A DNA stretch of 64,000 nt, taken from positions 116,056 through 180,055 of the forward strand of contig CAVPNV010000009.1 in NCBI GenBank assembly GCA_963706895.1. The letters run 5' to 3'. Origin of the DNA: an uncultured Gammaproteobacteria bacterium. Lineage in GTDB: Bacteria > Pseudomonadota > Gammaproteobacteria > Steroidobacterales > Steroidobacteraceae. Position 1 is the first letter of the stretch. Every line of letters begins with the position of its first letter. The position numbers and the translations under genes were made by a program. Shown in pieces: positions 53,375 to 64,000 of the stretch. The notes beneath the pieces were generated by a model that saw nothing but the letters and a program-made list of their open reading frames with translations, was not told the DNA's origin and ran no database searches.

Positions 53375-56300
53375 TCAACGGTGACGCTGCGTTGCCGCTA
53401 CGCCGCCTCGCGAGATACAGCTTGATGCGCTGGCGCCAGATATTCAGGTCGTCGAGCCAGACGTAAAACAGCGGCACGAAGAACAGCGACGTCACGAGCC
53501 GAAGAGGAGCCCCGACATCAGCGCGCGCGCCATCGGGTAGTACGCGGGGCCATCGCCGCCGATCTGGGTGTCTCCGGCCGCGAGCGGCAGCATCGCGAGC
53601 AGCGTCACCACAGTCGTCATCAGGATCGGCCGCAGCCGGTGGCGCGCCGCCTCGAGGATCGCCTCGTGGCGGTTCATGCCTTCCTTGCGCAGGTCGATCA
53701 CGTGCGCGATCAGCACGATGCCGATGTTCACGATCACGCCGATCAGGATCATGATCCCGAGCATCGCCATGAACGACATCGGCGTCTGCCGTGATCGCGA
53801 GCCCCCAGAACACGCCGACGATCGCGAACACGATCGACGTGATGATCGAGACCGGGATAGAGCAGCGACTCGAACAGCGAGGCCATCACCAGGAAGATCA
53901 GCGCGATCGCGAGCAGGATGTTGGTCTGCATCGTCTTCGCGGTGTCGTCGCTGTCCTCGACGCTGCGGCCGTACTTCCAGCCGACGCCCGGCGGCAGCGG
54001 GAACTGCATCCATCACCGCCTCGACGCCCTTCTTGACCTCGTCGAGCGAAGAGTCGTCGGACACGATGCCCTCGATCACGACAGAAGTCAGCCGGTCGAC
54101 GCGTTCGATCGTGCGCGCGGTCTGGTCGATCCGGAAGCTGGCTACCGCGCCGAGCGTGCTGCGCGTGCCGTCCGGCAGGTAGAGCGGCGTCGCCGCGAGG
54201 TCCTCGAGCGTCTGCCGGTTGTCGGCGCGGAATGCGAGGCGCATCTGGATCTCGCGATCGTCGGCGCGGAATTCCTTCAGCGGGTCGCCGCGCATCGCGA
54301 CGGCGACCGTCTGCGCGACGGCCTGCGGCGACAGGCCGAGGCGCGCGGCGCGATCGCGGTCCACCATCACCTGCACCTCGTGCTCGCCCGCCTTGGCGGT
54401 CGAGCGCACCGAGTCGAGTCCCTTCACGTCGCGCAGGCGCTGGACCACGGCGTGCGAGAGCGCGACCAGTTCCTCGGTCGACTCGCCGGTCAGGCGCATG
54501 CTGAACGCGCCGGTGCTGACCCTGTTCCTCGTCGAAGCGGAAGCTCGGCTTGCCGATGATGATCTCGGGCATGCCCTTCTCGATCTCCTTCATCAGCTCG
54601 CGTGGCTCCATCGGCAGCTCGTCGCGCGGCTTCAGCCGGATCACGCTGGACGCGTCGTCGGGCAGGTAATAGCTGTAGACGAGGTCGATGCCGAAGCGCT
54701 CCTTGTTCGGCTCGAGGTACTGTCTCGACGCGCGTGACGGCCTCCTCGATGCGCGCGAGCGGGTAGGTTCCCTCGATGTGGTACGGCAGGAACAGCCGGT
54801 CGGACGCATCCTGCGGGAACATGTCCATCTTGACGAGGCCGGTCGCGAACAGCGGCACCGGCGACAGTACCGTCAGCACGACGAACAGCGCGGCCCACCA
54901 CTTGTGATCGAACAGCCAGTCGAGCCGGCGCAGGTACCAGTCCTGCATCCGCGCGAAGAGCGAGCCCGACTCTGATCGGCGGGTGGCGGCGGGAACCGCG
55001 CGGTCAGCGTCGGGATGATGGTCTGCGCGACAAGCAGGGACGCCAGCATCGCGACCACGATCGGCACTGCGACGTGCACCATGAAGATCGCAGATCTCGC
55101 TTTCCTCGCCGAAGATGATCGGCAGGAACACGATGACGGTGGACAGCGTGCCGGCGAGCACCGCGAGCCCCACCTCGGTCACGCCGGTCAGCGTCGATGG
55201 CGATCGGCTCGCGCGCCATCCATCTGGCGGTGGCGGAAGATGCTCTCGGTCACGACGACCGCGTTGTCGACCAGCAGGCCGATCGCGAGCAGCATGCCCA
55301 TCATCGTCAGGATGTTGAGCGAGAAGCCGAGGAAGTACATGGCCGCGACGGTGATCAGCAGCGAGAAGGGCACGGCGAGGCCGACGATCAGCGTGGTCGG
55401 CCAGTCGCGCAGGAACAGGAACAGCACGACCAGCGCGAGGCCCGCGCCGATCAGGCCGGCATTCCGGAGCTCGGTGAGCGAGCTGCGGATATTCTCGGCC
55501 TGGTTCTGCAGCACGATGATGTCGATGCCCTGCAGCTGCGGCAGCTTGCGCTGCTCATCGACCACCGCCATCACGCGCTCGGCAACGTCGACGATGTTCG
55601 CGCCGGTCGACTTGAAGACGTCGAGGCCGACGCCAGGCCGGCCGTTCAGGTGGCGCCCGACGGTCAGCTCGGGCGTGACCAGGCTGACGTCCGCGATGTC
55701 GCGCAGCCGCACGTTGCCGGTCACGATGAAGCTGCGCACGTCCTCGATGCGTCTGGAACTCGCCGATCGGCCGCACCAGGAAGCGCTGCGCGCCGCCCGT
55801 GATCTCGCCCGCGCTGACCGAGAAGTTCGCGCCCTCGAGCGAATCGCGCAGTCGCGCGATATCGACGCCATGGGCGGCAAGGCGCACGGGGTCGACGAGG
55901 ATCCTGAGTTCAAGCGGCTCGACGCCCTCGAGCGAGACGCGCGCGACGCCGTCGAGCCGCTCGAGCGGCTTCTTGAGGTAGCGGTCGAGCGTGTCGTACT
56001 GGCGCGTCAGGTCCTCCTGGCTCGAGATGCGCATCGCCACGCACGCGGTCGTCGCCGGCCGCGAACATCTGCGTCAGGATCCGGTTGGCAGCTTGGCGGG
56101 AATTCGTGGCGGATCGACTCGAGCTTCGTGCGCACCTCGAAGCCCGACCGCTGACGGGATCGCGGTCCCACTGGAAGAAGACGACGAGCTCGGCGCCTGT
56201 CTCCGACGACGTCGAGCGGATCTCCTTGATGCCGGACAGCGTCGCGATCGCTTCCTCGGCCGGGCGCGTGATGAGCTGCTCGACTTCCTCGGGCGTCGAG

Positions 56301-56459
56301 CCGGCATAGGGAATCGTGACCTGGATGCCCGGGAAGCGGATGTCCGGGAACAGCTCGAGCGGCAGCAGGCGAATCGCGATGAGGCCGATCAGCGCAATCG
56401 CGATGAAGGTCATCAGCGTCGTGACGGGCCTGCCGCAACGCGAATCGCGTGTGGATCAT
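53375..56459 (-). CDS. RND efflux transporter permease, second of a tandem pair (MdtC-like position). At least 10 frame shifts; the 3' end is uncertain, between 53190 and 53400.
   Basis: MIHTRFALRQ.. then TFIAIALIGLIAIRLLPLELFPDI, PYAGSTPEEVEQLITRPAEEAI. The long periplasmic and TM blocks are spread over all three frames (e.g. FLGFSLNILTMMGMLLAIGLLVDNAVVV, MSFMAMLGIMILIGVIVNIGIVLI, LRPILMTTVVTLLAMLPLA). Confidence 0.8.
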
Positions 56460-56462
56460 GAC

Positions 56463-59400
56463 TCAGCCCCCGCCGTGCTCCGTCGCGACGCGAGGCAGGG
56501 CGCCGGCGCCGGTCGGCTGGAACCGCTTGCGGTCGAGCAGGGAATAGACGACCGGGATCACGAGCAGCGTGAAGAAGCTCGCAACCGCCACGCCGCCGAT
56601 CACGGTGATCGCCATCGGCTTCCTGATCTCCGCGCCCTCGCCGAGCCCGATGGCCATCGGCAGCAGGCCGAGGATCGTGGTGAGCTTGGTGATGACGATC
56701 GGCCGCAGGCGCAGCCGCGCGGCCTCGACGATCGCGTCGTGCTTGCGCCATGCCTCGCTCGCGCAGCCTGGTTGACCGCGTCGATCAGCACGATCGACTG
56801 GTTGACGACGATGCCCGCCAGCATGATGAGGCCGATGTAGGCGACCACGTTGACCGTCGTGCCGGTCAGGAACATGGCCCAGACCGAGCCCACGAGCGCG
56901 AGCGGGATGGTCAGCAGGATCACGAACGGGTGCAGCAGGGATTCGAACTGCGATGCCATGACGAGATAGACGAGGAACACGGCCAGCAGCATCGTGAACT
57001 GCAGCGAGCGGAACGATTCCTTCATGTCGTCGCTCTGTCCGCTGACGGCTGCTGTCGATGCCGACCGGCAGCTCCACGGATGCGACGATCCTGCCGAGTT
57101 CGGCGACGGCGGATCCGAGGTCCCCCGAAGACAGGTTGGCCGACACGATCGCGACGCGCTGCTGGCGCGTCCGGCGGATCTCGGCTGGCCCGGTCGCGAC
57201 TGTGACTTCCGCCACCGCGGACAGCGGCAGCGGGCGATCGCTGCCGGGATTGACGATCAGCGACCGGATCTCATCGACCGAGGACGCGCGCGTATCGATG
57301 CTGCGGACCAGCACGTCGATCTTTTTCTCCCGCAGCTTGTAGCGGGTCGCGACATCGCCGCGCACGCTCGCCACCACGCGGTCTGCGAGCTCGCGCACGG
57401 TGATGCCGAGCTGCGCCGCGCGCTCCTGGTCGAACACGATCTGGATTTCCGGGTTGCCGGATTCCACCGTCGACTTGATGTCGCTGAAAGTCGGAGCTCG
57501 CCTGCATGGCAAGGCGCACCTGCTCCGCGGCCAGGACGCAGCCGGTCGAGGTCGTAGCCCGTGATCGTCACCTCCAGCGGCGAGGCGAAGGTGAACGAGC
57601 GCCGGGCGGCTGAACTGGTACTGCACGCCGGCCAGCGAGTCGAACCTGTCGCGCAGCGCATTGATCGCGGCCTGTTCCTCGTCGCGGACCTGAGCCCGGC
57701 TCGAGCGTGACCGAGAGCCGGCCCGTGTTCTCGCCCGCATCGGTCGGGCTGGCATCGAGGCGATTGCCGGTGCCGGTGACGGCGTAGGACAGGGCGATGT
57801 CCGGCAGCTCCATCGCTTCGGCCTGTGCGGCTGCCATTGCGCGGTCGGTTTGCTCGAGGGGCGTGCCGGGCGCGAGCCGCAGGTCGGCGATGAATTCGCC
57901 CTGCGAGAGCTGCGGAATCAGCTCGCTTCCGAGGCGCGGCACCAGCGCAGCCGTCAGCGAGCAGAATCGCGACGGAGATCAGCGACGACGCGCCCGCGGT
58001 GCTCGAGCGACCAGCGCAGCGCGGGCAGGTAGGCGCGCGCGACCGCCGCGAATCCGGACTGCGTCGGCCGCGCCAGCGAAGCCGAACAGCCATGCCATGA
58101 AGTCGGATACCGTCGCCGTCAGCCGGCGCTTGCCGGCAAGCACGCGCGCGATGCCAGCGGCCGAGCCGTGCCGGGGCTGCGTTCCGGGTCCGGCACCTCG
58201 AACTCCGGCTTGCCGGCGGCGAGCATCGGCACCAGCGTCATCGCGACGATCAGCGAGAACAGGAGCGAGAAGCTCACCGTCAGCGCCTGGTCGCGGAACA
58301 GCTGGCCCGCGATGCCGGTGATGAACACCATCGGGAAGAAGACCGCGACCGACGTCAGCGTCGCGGCCGTGATCGCCGTGCCGACCTCGCTGGTGCCGAG
58401 CGTCGCGGCTTCGATGCGCGAGCGGCCCTTCCTCGCGGTGCCGCACGATGTTCTCGAGCACGACGACCGCGTTGTCGACCAGCATGCCGACCGCGAGCGC
58501 GATGCCGCCGAGCGACATGATGTTGAGCGACAGGTCGAACATGTACATCACCACGAAGGTGCCGATGACCGACACCGGGATCGCGAGGCCGGTAATGAAG
58601 GTCGCGCGCGCGTCGCGCAGGAACAGGTAGAGGACCAGGATCGCGAGCAGGCCGCCGATCAGCGCGGCCTCGCGCACTTCGCCGATCGCCGAGGAGATGA
58701 ACTTCGACTGGTCGTAGACGAGCTTCATCTCGCTGCCGCGGCGGCAGCGCCTTGCCGAGCTCCTCGATGCGCGTGCGGATGCCGGCGGCGAGCTGGACCG
58801 TGTTGGCGTCGCCTTCCTTGTAGATGGCGAGCTCGACCGACTCGCGGCCGTTGACGCGCGTGATCGCCTCGCGGTCCTTGTAGCCGCTCGTGACGGTCGG
58901 CGACGTCGCGCAGGTACACGGGCTTGCCCTCGACGTTCGCGATGATCGAGTCCGCCATCTGCTGCACCGAGCTGAACTCGTTGAGCGTGCGAACCAGGAA
59001 GCGCTGCGTGCCCTGCTCGAGGCGGCCGCCGGAGAGGTTGACGTTCTCCTCGCGCAGGCGCTGCGCGATCTGTGTCGATCGAAAGGTTGAGCTGCGCCAG
59101 CTTCTGCTGGTCCACGAAGATCTGGATCTCGTCCTCGTAGCCGCCGCTGACCTTGACCGCGGCCGATCCGTCCACGGACTCGAGGTCCGGCTTCAGCCGG
59201 TCGTCGGCAAAGCGGCGCAGCCTCTTCAGCCGCTCGACGCCGCCGGACTCGCCGGGGTAGGCCTTGGCGAATTCGTCGGTGTCGACGAAGGCGTAGCGCA
59301 TCACCGGCTCGGTCGACGGGTCGAATCGCAGCAGGATCGGGCGGCTCGCCTCGAGCGGCAGCTGCAGCAGGTCGATCTTTTCGCGCACGTCGATGCCCGC

Positions 59401-59710
59401 GAGGTCCATGTCCGTGCCCCACGCGAACTCGAGGATCACGTCCGCCTGGCCTGCGCGCGACACCGAGCGGACCGACCTGACGTTCCGGATGATGCCCGAC
59501 GGATTCCTCGATCGGGCGCGTGATGAGCGTCTCGAGCTCGAGCGGCGCGGCGCCGGGCAGGTCGGTGCGCACCGTCAGGGTCGGGTAGGAGAGGTCGGGC
59601 AGCAGGTTCAGCTTGAGGCGCGTCAGCGACACGAAGCCGAACAGGACGATGGCGACCGTCACCATCAGGATCGTGACGCGCCGGCGCGTGGCGAACTCGA
59701 CGATTTTCAT
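56463..59710 (-). CDS. RND efflux transporter permease, first of a tandem pair (MdtB-like position). At least 10 frame shifts.
   Basis: MKIVEFATRRRVTILMVTVAIVLFGFVSL, LLPDLSYPTLTV, FDLSLNIMSLGGIALAVGMLVDNAVVVLENI, LGLLPMAIGLGEGAEIRKPMAITVIGGVAVASFFTLLVIPVVY. The ATG overlaps the adaptor gene's stop (ATGA). Confidence 0.85.
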
Positions 59711-60891
59711 CGCTGGCCCGCCGCGCTCAGCCGGTTGCGGCCGCGGGCTGCTTCGCGGCCGCCGGACGTCGCAGGCGAATTCACGACGCGAACCGCCGCG
59801 CCGGGCTTGACCGCGCCCTGGCCGACGACGACGACCTTCTCGCCATCCTTGAGGCCTTCCGTGACCTCGATCCAGGCGCCATTCGAAAGCCCGAGCTTCA
59901 CGGCGCGTTCTGCGGCCTTGCCGTCCTTGATCACGAACACCTTCGGCGGGCCGTCGCCGTCGAGCAGCGCGGTGCGCGGGATCTGCAATGCATCCGGCTT
60001 GCGCTCGTAGACGATCGCGACGCGCGCGAACATGCCGGGGCGCAACAGGCCTTCGGTCTTCGTCACGCGGATGCGCACCGCAGAAAGTCGCCGTATTCGC
60101 GTTGACGTAAGGGCTGATCAGCGCGATCTCGCCCTTGAAAGCGCGATTCGGCACGGCATCGAAAGTGAGTTCAGCCGGCTGGCCGACCGAAAGCTTCGCG
60201 AGTTCGCGCTCCGGGACGTTGACCCGCAGTATCAGCGTATCGAGGTCCTCGACGACGAAGAGCGAGCTGTCGGCGCTCTCGATGACTCCGCCGACCGGGG
60301 TCACCGTGTTGCCGACCTTCACGACGTCGAGACGCTGCGTCACCGTGCCGTCGATCGGCGATCGGATGTCGCAGTAAGAGAGCTGCAGGCGCGCGAGATC
60401 CCAGGACGCCTTCGCGGCCTCGAGCTCGTACTTCAGGTTGTCGAGCGCCGTCGCGCTGACGAGACCCGTCTTCTGCAGCTCGAGATTGCGGTTGTAGTCC
60501 AGCTCGAGCTTGCGCATGGTCGCCTGCGTTGAGGGCGACTTCGAGGCGGAGCTTGTCGCCGTCGAGGCGCGCGAGCGCCTGGCCCGCGCGCACGCGCTGG
60601 CCCTCGTCCGCGAGTACCTGGCGTATCTCACCCTGGACCTTGGGCATCACGAACGCCTTGCGCTCGGATTCGACCGGAGCCGTGCCGCTGTAGAGCGCCG
60701 CCATTTCAGCCCGCTGCGTCGCCGCGACTTCGACCGGCACGGCCGGCACCTTTTCCTTGCTCTTCCTTGGCGCTGTCGCCGTTGGCATTGCCGCAGGCAA
60801 CGAGCGCGATCGCGACCGCCAGGATCATGGCCGCGAGGAAGAATCGATTCAGGTTCGCAAAGACGGTGAGAACTTGGGATTCGTTGCGCAT
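59707..60891 (-). CDS. RND efflux periplasmic adaptor (membrane fusion protein, HlyD/MdtA-like lipoprotein). About 3 frame shifts.
   Basis: Lipobox AIALVAC. VMPKVQGEIRQVLADEGQRVRAGQALARLD (lipoyl-like). Coiled-coil hairpin. IRSPIDGTVTQR. C-terminal barrel PGMFARVAIVYE...VFVIKDGKAAERAVKLG. Confidence 0.85.
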
Positions 60892-60934
60892 CGCAGTCGG
60901 CTCCAGCGGTCAGGTGGCGCTATGTTACGGTCCC

Positions 60935-60962
60935 TTAGTGTTGTAGTCAAGTATAACACTAA
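60935..60962. promoter_or_regulatory. AT-rich inverted repeat in the efflux-operon/prc intergenic region; a candidate operator.
   Basis: TTAGTGTT-gtagtcaagtat-AACACTAA: 8-bp perfect arms with a 12-bp spacer. It lies about 45-70 nt upstream of the adaptor gene start (60891), inside the only markedly AT-rich stretch seen in the window. Confidence 0.3.
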
Positions 60963-61024
60963 AGGCATAGGCAATGGCCTAAGCTGTTGTATTAGCGGGG
61001 TAAAACGAGAGAATCGACGCCGAA

Positions 61025-63159
61025 TCAGCTGAGCTGCGCCGGTTCCTGGCTCTTGGGCAGCTGGGCAGCGTCTGCTGCGATTTCGACCGCTTCGTCCAGG
61101 ACGGCATCCGGTGCCTCGGTATCATCCAGCGCGCCAACATTCGCGAGCGGCTGTAGTCCCCGGGCCGCCCGGCGTGCATTCTCGCGCTTGAGGCGCTCGG
61201 CGTCGATGGCATCGCGCTCTGCGCGGCGCTTCACCAGGTTCAGCGAGACGTCGCGCTGGCTGCGCAGCTGGTCGAGCGCGTCGACGTCGCCTTGCAGGGC
61301 GACGAAATCCGGGTTGTGCGCGATGCGCTCCTCGTGCACCCGCGAGATCATCGATACGACCGGCAGGTCGGCAGGTTCCGGCGTGTAATGGGCCGCATTG
61401 ATTCGATCCCACGGGAGCGCGCTCTCGCGCGTGCTCTCGCCGATGTCATCGGTGTTCAGCAGCGAGGGCAGGGTGATGTCGGGTTCCACGCCGCGATGCT
61501 GCGTGCTGTCGCCGGTGACGCGGTAGTACTTGCCGATGGTCACGGTCAGCTGGCCGAAGCCTGCCTTCGGGTCCGAGCGCGTAGCGATCGAGCGGATAGA
61601 GGTTCTGGACCGAGCCCTTGCCGTAGGTCTGCTGGCCGACCACGAGGCCGCGCTGGTAGTCCTGGATCGCGCCCGCGAAAATTTCCGAGGCAGAGGCGCT
61701 TGCCCGGTTGACCAGGACGACGAGCGGGCCATCCCAGGCAACGCCCGGCTCAGGATCGTCGAGGACCTCGATGCGTCCGTTGGTCTCGCGCAATTGAACG
61801 ACCGGGCCGCGTTCGACGAAGAGGCCGACGAGGCTTGTCGCTTCCGACAGGTGACCGCCGCCATTGTCGCGCAGGTCAATGACCAGCGAATCGATGCCCT
61901 CGGCCTTCAGCTCGTTGACCAGGCGGTGCACGTCGCGGGTCGTGCTGCGGTATTCGGCGTCGCCTTTCATGCGGGCCTGGAAATCCTGGTAGAAGCTTGG
62001 AACTGAGATGACGCCGATGCGAAGGTCACGGTCGCCGCGGTGCAGCGTATGCACTTCCTTCTTGGCAGCCTGCGACTCGAGCGTGATCTTCGCGCGTTTC
62101 AGCGTGAGGTGTGCCTCCTGCGAGCCCGGCGTGGCCGAGGCCGGCAGGATTTGCAGCCGGACGAAGGTGTTTTCCGGGCCGCGAATCAGCTGGACGACGT
62201 CGTCGAGGCGCCATCCCACGACGTCGGTGAGCGCGCCGGCCTCGCCCTGGCCGACAGCCGTGATGCGGTCGCCGACCTTGATGTCCGCCGATGCCGCTGC
62301 CGAGCCGCCCGGCAGCACGTTGAGGATCGTCACGTAGTCGTCGACGAACTGCAGCGTGGCGCCGATGCCCTCGTACGAGAGGCTCATCGCGATGTTGTAT
62401 TCCTCGGAGTTGCGCGGCGACAGGTAATTGGAATGCGGGTCGTAGACGTGCGAGTACGCGTTCATGAACGTCTCGAACACGTCGTCGGCAGTGACCTGCT
62501 CGATGCGCTTCGACACGCGCTCGTAGCGCTTGCGCAGGATGTCGCTGGCCTCAGGCCAGGTCTTGCCGGTGAGGAGCAGCGAAAGCGCCTCGTTCTTGAC
62601 GCGCTTGCGCCACAGCTCATGCAGTTCGTCCACCGACGCGGGCCAGCCCTCGTCCGTGCGGTCGAAGCGGAAGGACTCGTCGAGCGTAAAGTCGGGTTCG
62701 ACGTCGAGGAGGGCAATCGCGTGATGCAGGACTTCGCGGTTGCGTTCCTGGAACCGCGTGAACATCTGGAATGCGGGTCCGGCATCGGCTTTCTGGATCG
62801 CATCGTCGAGCTGGTAGCGCAGTGGCTCGAATTCCGCGATGTCGGATGCGAGCAGGTAGCTCTTGGTCCCATCCAGCGCTTCCAGGTAGCGCTCGATAGA
62901 TTTGCGACGACATCGCGTCGTCGAGCGGCGCCTGGCGGTAGTGCTGCCGTTCGACCACCTCGGAAACGAGCCGCATCACGCGGCGGTGACGTTCGCTCGG
63001 CGCAAGCTCGCCTGAGGATGCAACGGCCGGGGCGATCGCCGGCGCGAGCGATGCGCGCTCCGGGCCGGAGCCCGCAAGCATGAAGATGCCCACCGCGACC
63101 GCGGATGCCACCGCGATTCGCAGACGGGACGAGGTCAATGCTCTGAGCCAGGGTGCCAT
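61025..63159 (-). CDS. prc: Tail-specific (C-terminal processing) protease Prc, family S41. About 3 frame shifts.
   Basis: ORFs 62617..63159, 61446..62765 and 61025..61879 join. Signal/TM IAVASAVAVGIFMLAG. PDZ GIGATLQFVDDYVTILNVLPGGSAAASADIKVGDRI. S41 core IDLRDNGGG, VLVNRASASASEIFAGAIQDY, TYGKGSVQ. Confidence 0.9.
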
Positions 63160-63273
63160 GGGCTGCTAAACTGCTCCTTGCGGCCACTCACGGGCCGTAC
63201 CCGGTCGGGACAGGCTATGGGCGGGCGGGCGCGGTATCAAGTACCGGCGTCACGCCCCGGAGGGGACTTGCGG

Positions 63274-63567
63274 ATGCGGCCATTGGGCTTCCTGACGGGC
63301 GTCGTCCTGGGTTCGGCCGCGTCTATTGCGCTCGTTCTCGTCATGGTCGTCGTGATTTTCGCTTTTTCCGCGCGCGGACAGCCAGCGGTCGGCCAGGAAT
63401 ATCCCGGCCTGCTCGCATCGGCCTTCCTTTTCGGCGTGCTCGCCGCGGCGTCCGGCGCAGCCTTTGTAGGACTGCAGCGCGAGCGGCGCTGGCGCTGGGC
63501 CGCCCAGGCCGGCATGTGGCTCGTCCTGGCCGCGATCGCCTGGTATTACTGGCCTGCGGGCACCTGA
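63274..63567 (+). CDS. Small hypothetical membrane protein (about 97 aa, 3 predicted TM helices).
   Basis: I chose the start at MRPLGFLTGVVLGSAASIALVLVMVVVIFAF inside ORF 63178..63567. Two more hydrophobic stretches follow. I recognise no family, and codon usage looks native. Confidence 0.4.
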   Translation: MRPLGFLTGVVLGSAASIALVLVMVVVIFAFSARGQPAVGQEYPGLLASAFLFGVLAAASGAAFVGLQRERRWRWAAQAGMWLVLAAIAWYYWPAGT

Positions 63568-63581
63568 CACCGAGGGATGAC

Positions 63582-64000
63582 ATGAAGCGTTTCGACAAGG
63601 AATTCCGCCTGCTGTTCATTGGAGCCGCGCTTGCGGCGACGCTTGGCGCGTTCAATGCGGACGACAGGATGCTGAAGAAGGCGCGGCCAGGAGATCAATG
63701 GCGCCGCCTACCGCTCGCACATCGAGGGGCTGGCGTCCGACGAGATGGAAGGCCGCTCTCCCGGCTCGGAGGGCGAGCGCAAGACGATCGAGTACCTCGA
63801 GAAGGAATTCCTCGAGCTCGGCCTGCAGCCGCTCACGGGCGGTGACTTTCGCCAGGACGTCGCGCTCGTCGAGATCACCGGGAGCGACCAGAAACTGTCG
63901 TTCAACAAGGGCGCCGGCGGCATGACGCTCGCCATGGGTGACGACATGGTGCTCGGCACCCGGCGGGTGCCGGCCGGAATCCTCGATCGCGGGCAGCGAG
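63582..64000 (+). CDS. M28-family peptidase (aminopeptidase-like). 5' part only, as it runs off the window. One frame shift near 63690.
   Basis: Signal peptide MKRFDKEFRLLFIGAALAATLGA. After the shift: YRSHIEGLASDEMEGRSPGSEGERKTIEYLEKEFLELGLQP, typical of the N-terminal region of bacterial M28 peptidases. Confidence 0.6.

Noticed and set aside
58355-60631. A 758-aa ORF that appears to fuse the adaptor protein with the N-terminus of the first RND permease.
   Set aside because: Only its two ends are real coding frame: the adaptor middle part, and MKIVEFATRRR... from 59710. The stretch between them is out-of-frame Arg/Pro-rich read-through. The real adaptor C-terminus is ORF 59707..60078, whose stop overlaps the permease ATG.

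Overview
This is a GC-rich chromosomal core segment; third codon positions are almost all G/C. The gene order points to a gammaproteobacterium: rlmN-pilW-rodZ-hisS-yfgM-bamB-der, xseA/guaB-guaA-tadA, ffs-dnaX-ybaB-recR, queA-tgt, yajC-secD-secF and ppsA/ppsR. A Xanthomonadales- or Nevskiales-like lineage is only a guess. I support about 55 protein-coding genes, 2 tRNAs (Leu-CAA, Ser-CGA) and the SRP RNA. All calls rest on motif recognition in the supplied translations and my own reading of junctions; no searches were possible. I saw no CRISPR array, IS element, prophage, integrase cassette or recognisable defence module, so most of the window is ordinary housekeeping DNA. Two things stand out. 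(1) More than 40 genes are broken by single-base frame shifts, including essential single-copy genes (hisS, dnaX, der, guaA, guaB, secF, bamB), while about 10 are intact. This looks more like indel sequencing or assembly error than pseudogenisation, but the sequence alone cannot decide. Features are given as reconstructed colinear genes and are flagged where the frame is broken. (2) An accessory insertion sits between tgt and yajC. It encodes one secreted protein of about 1450 aa that fuses a galactose/glyoxal-oxidase-type copper radical oxidase, Ig/PKD domains, a YVTN-type beta-propeller, a di-haem cytochrome c peroxidase/MauG-like module and a PA14 domain. An SCO1/SenC copper chaperone gene overlaps its stop codon. 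This is the best candidate for something undescribed. Lesser curiosities are a single-cysteine IscU-like protein, an ECF sigma/anti-sigma/PDZ-only trio, an MdtABC-like tandem RND pump with an AT-rich palindrome upstream, and an uncharacterised coiled-coil protein.
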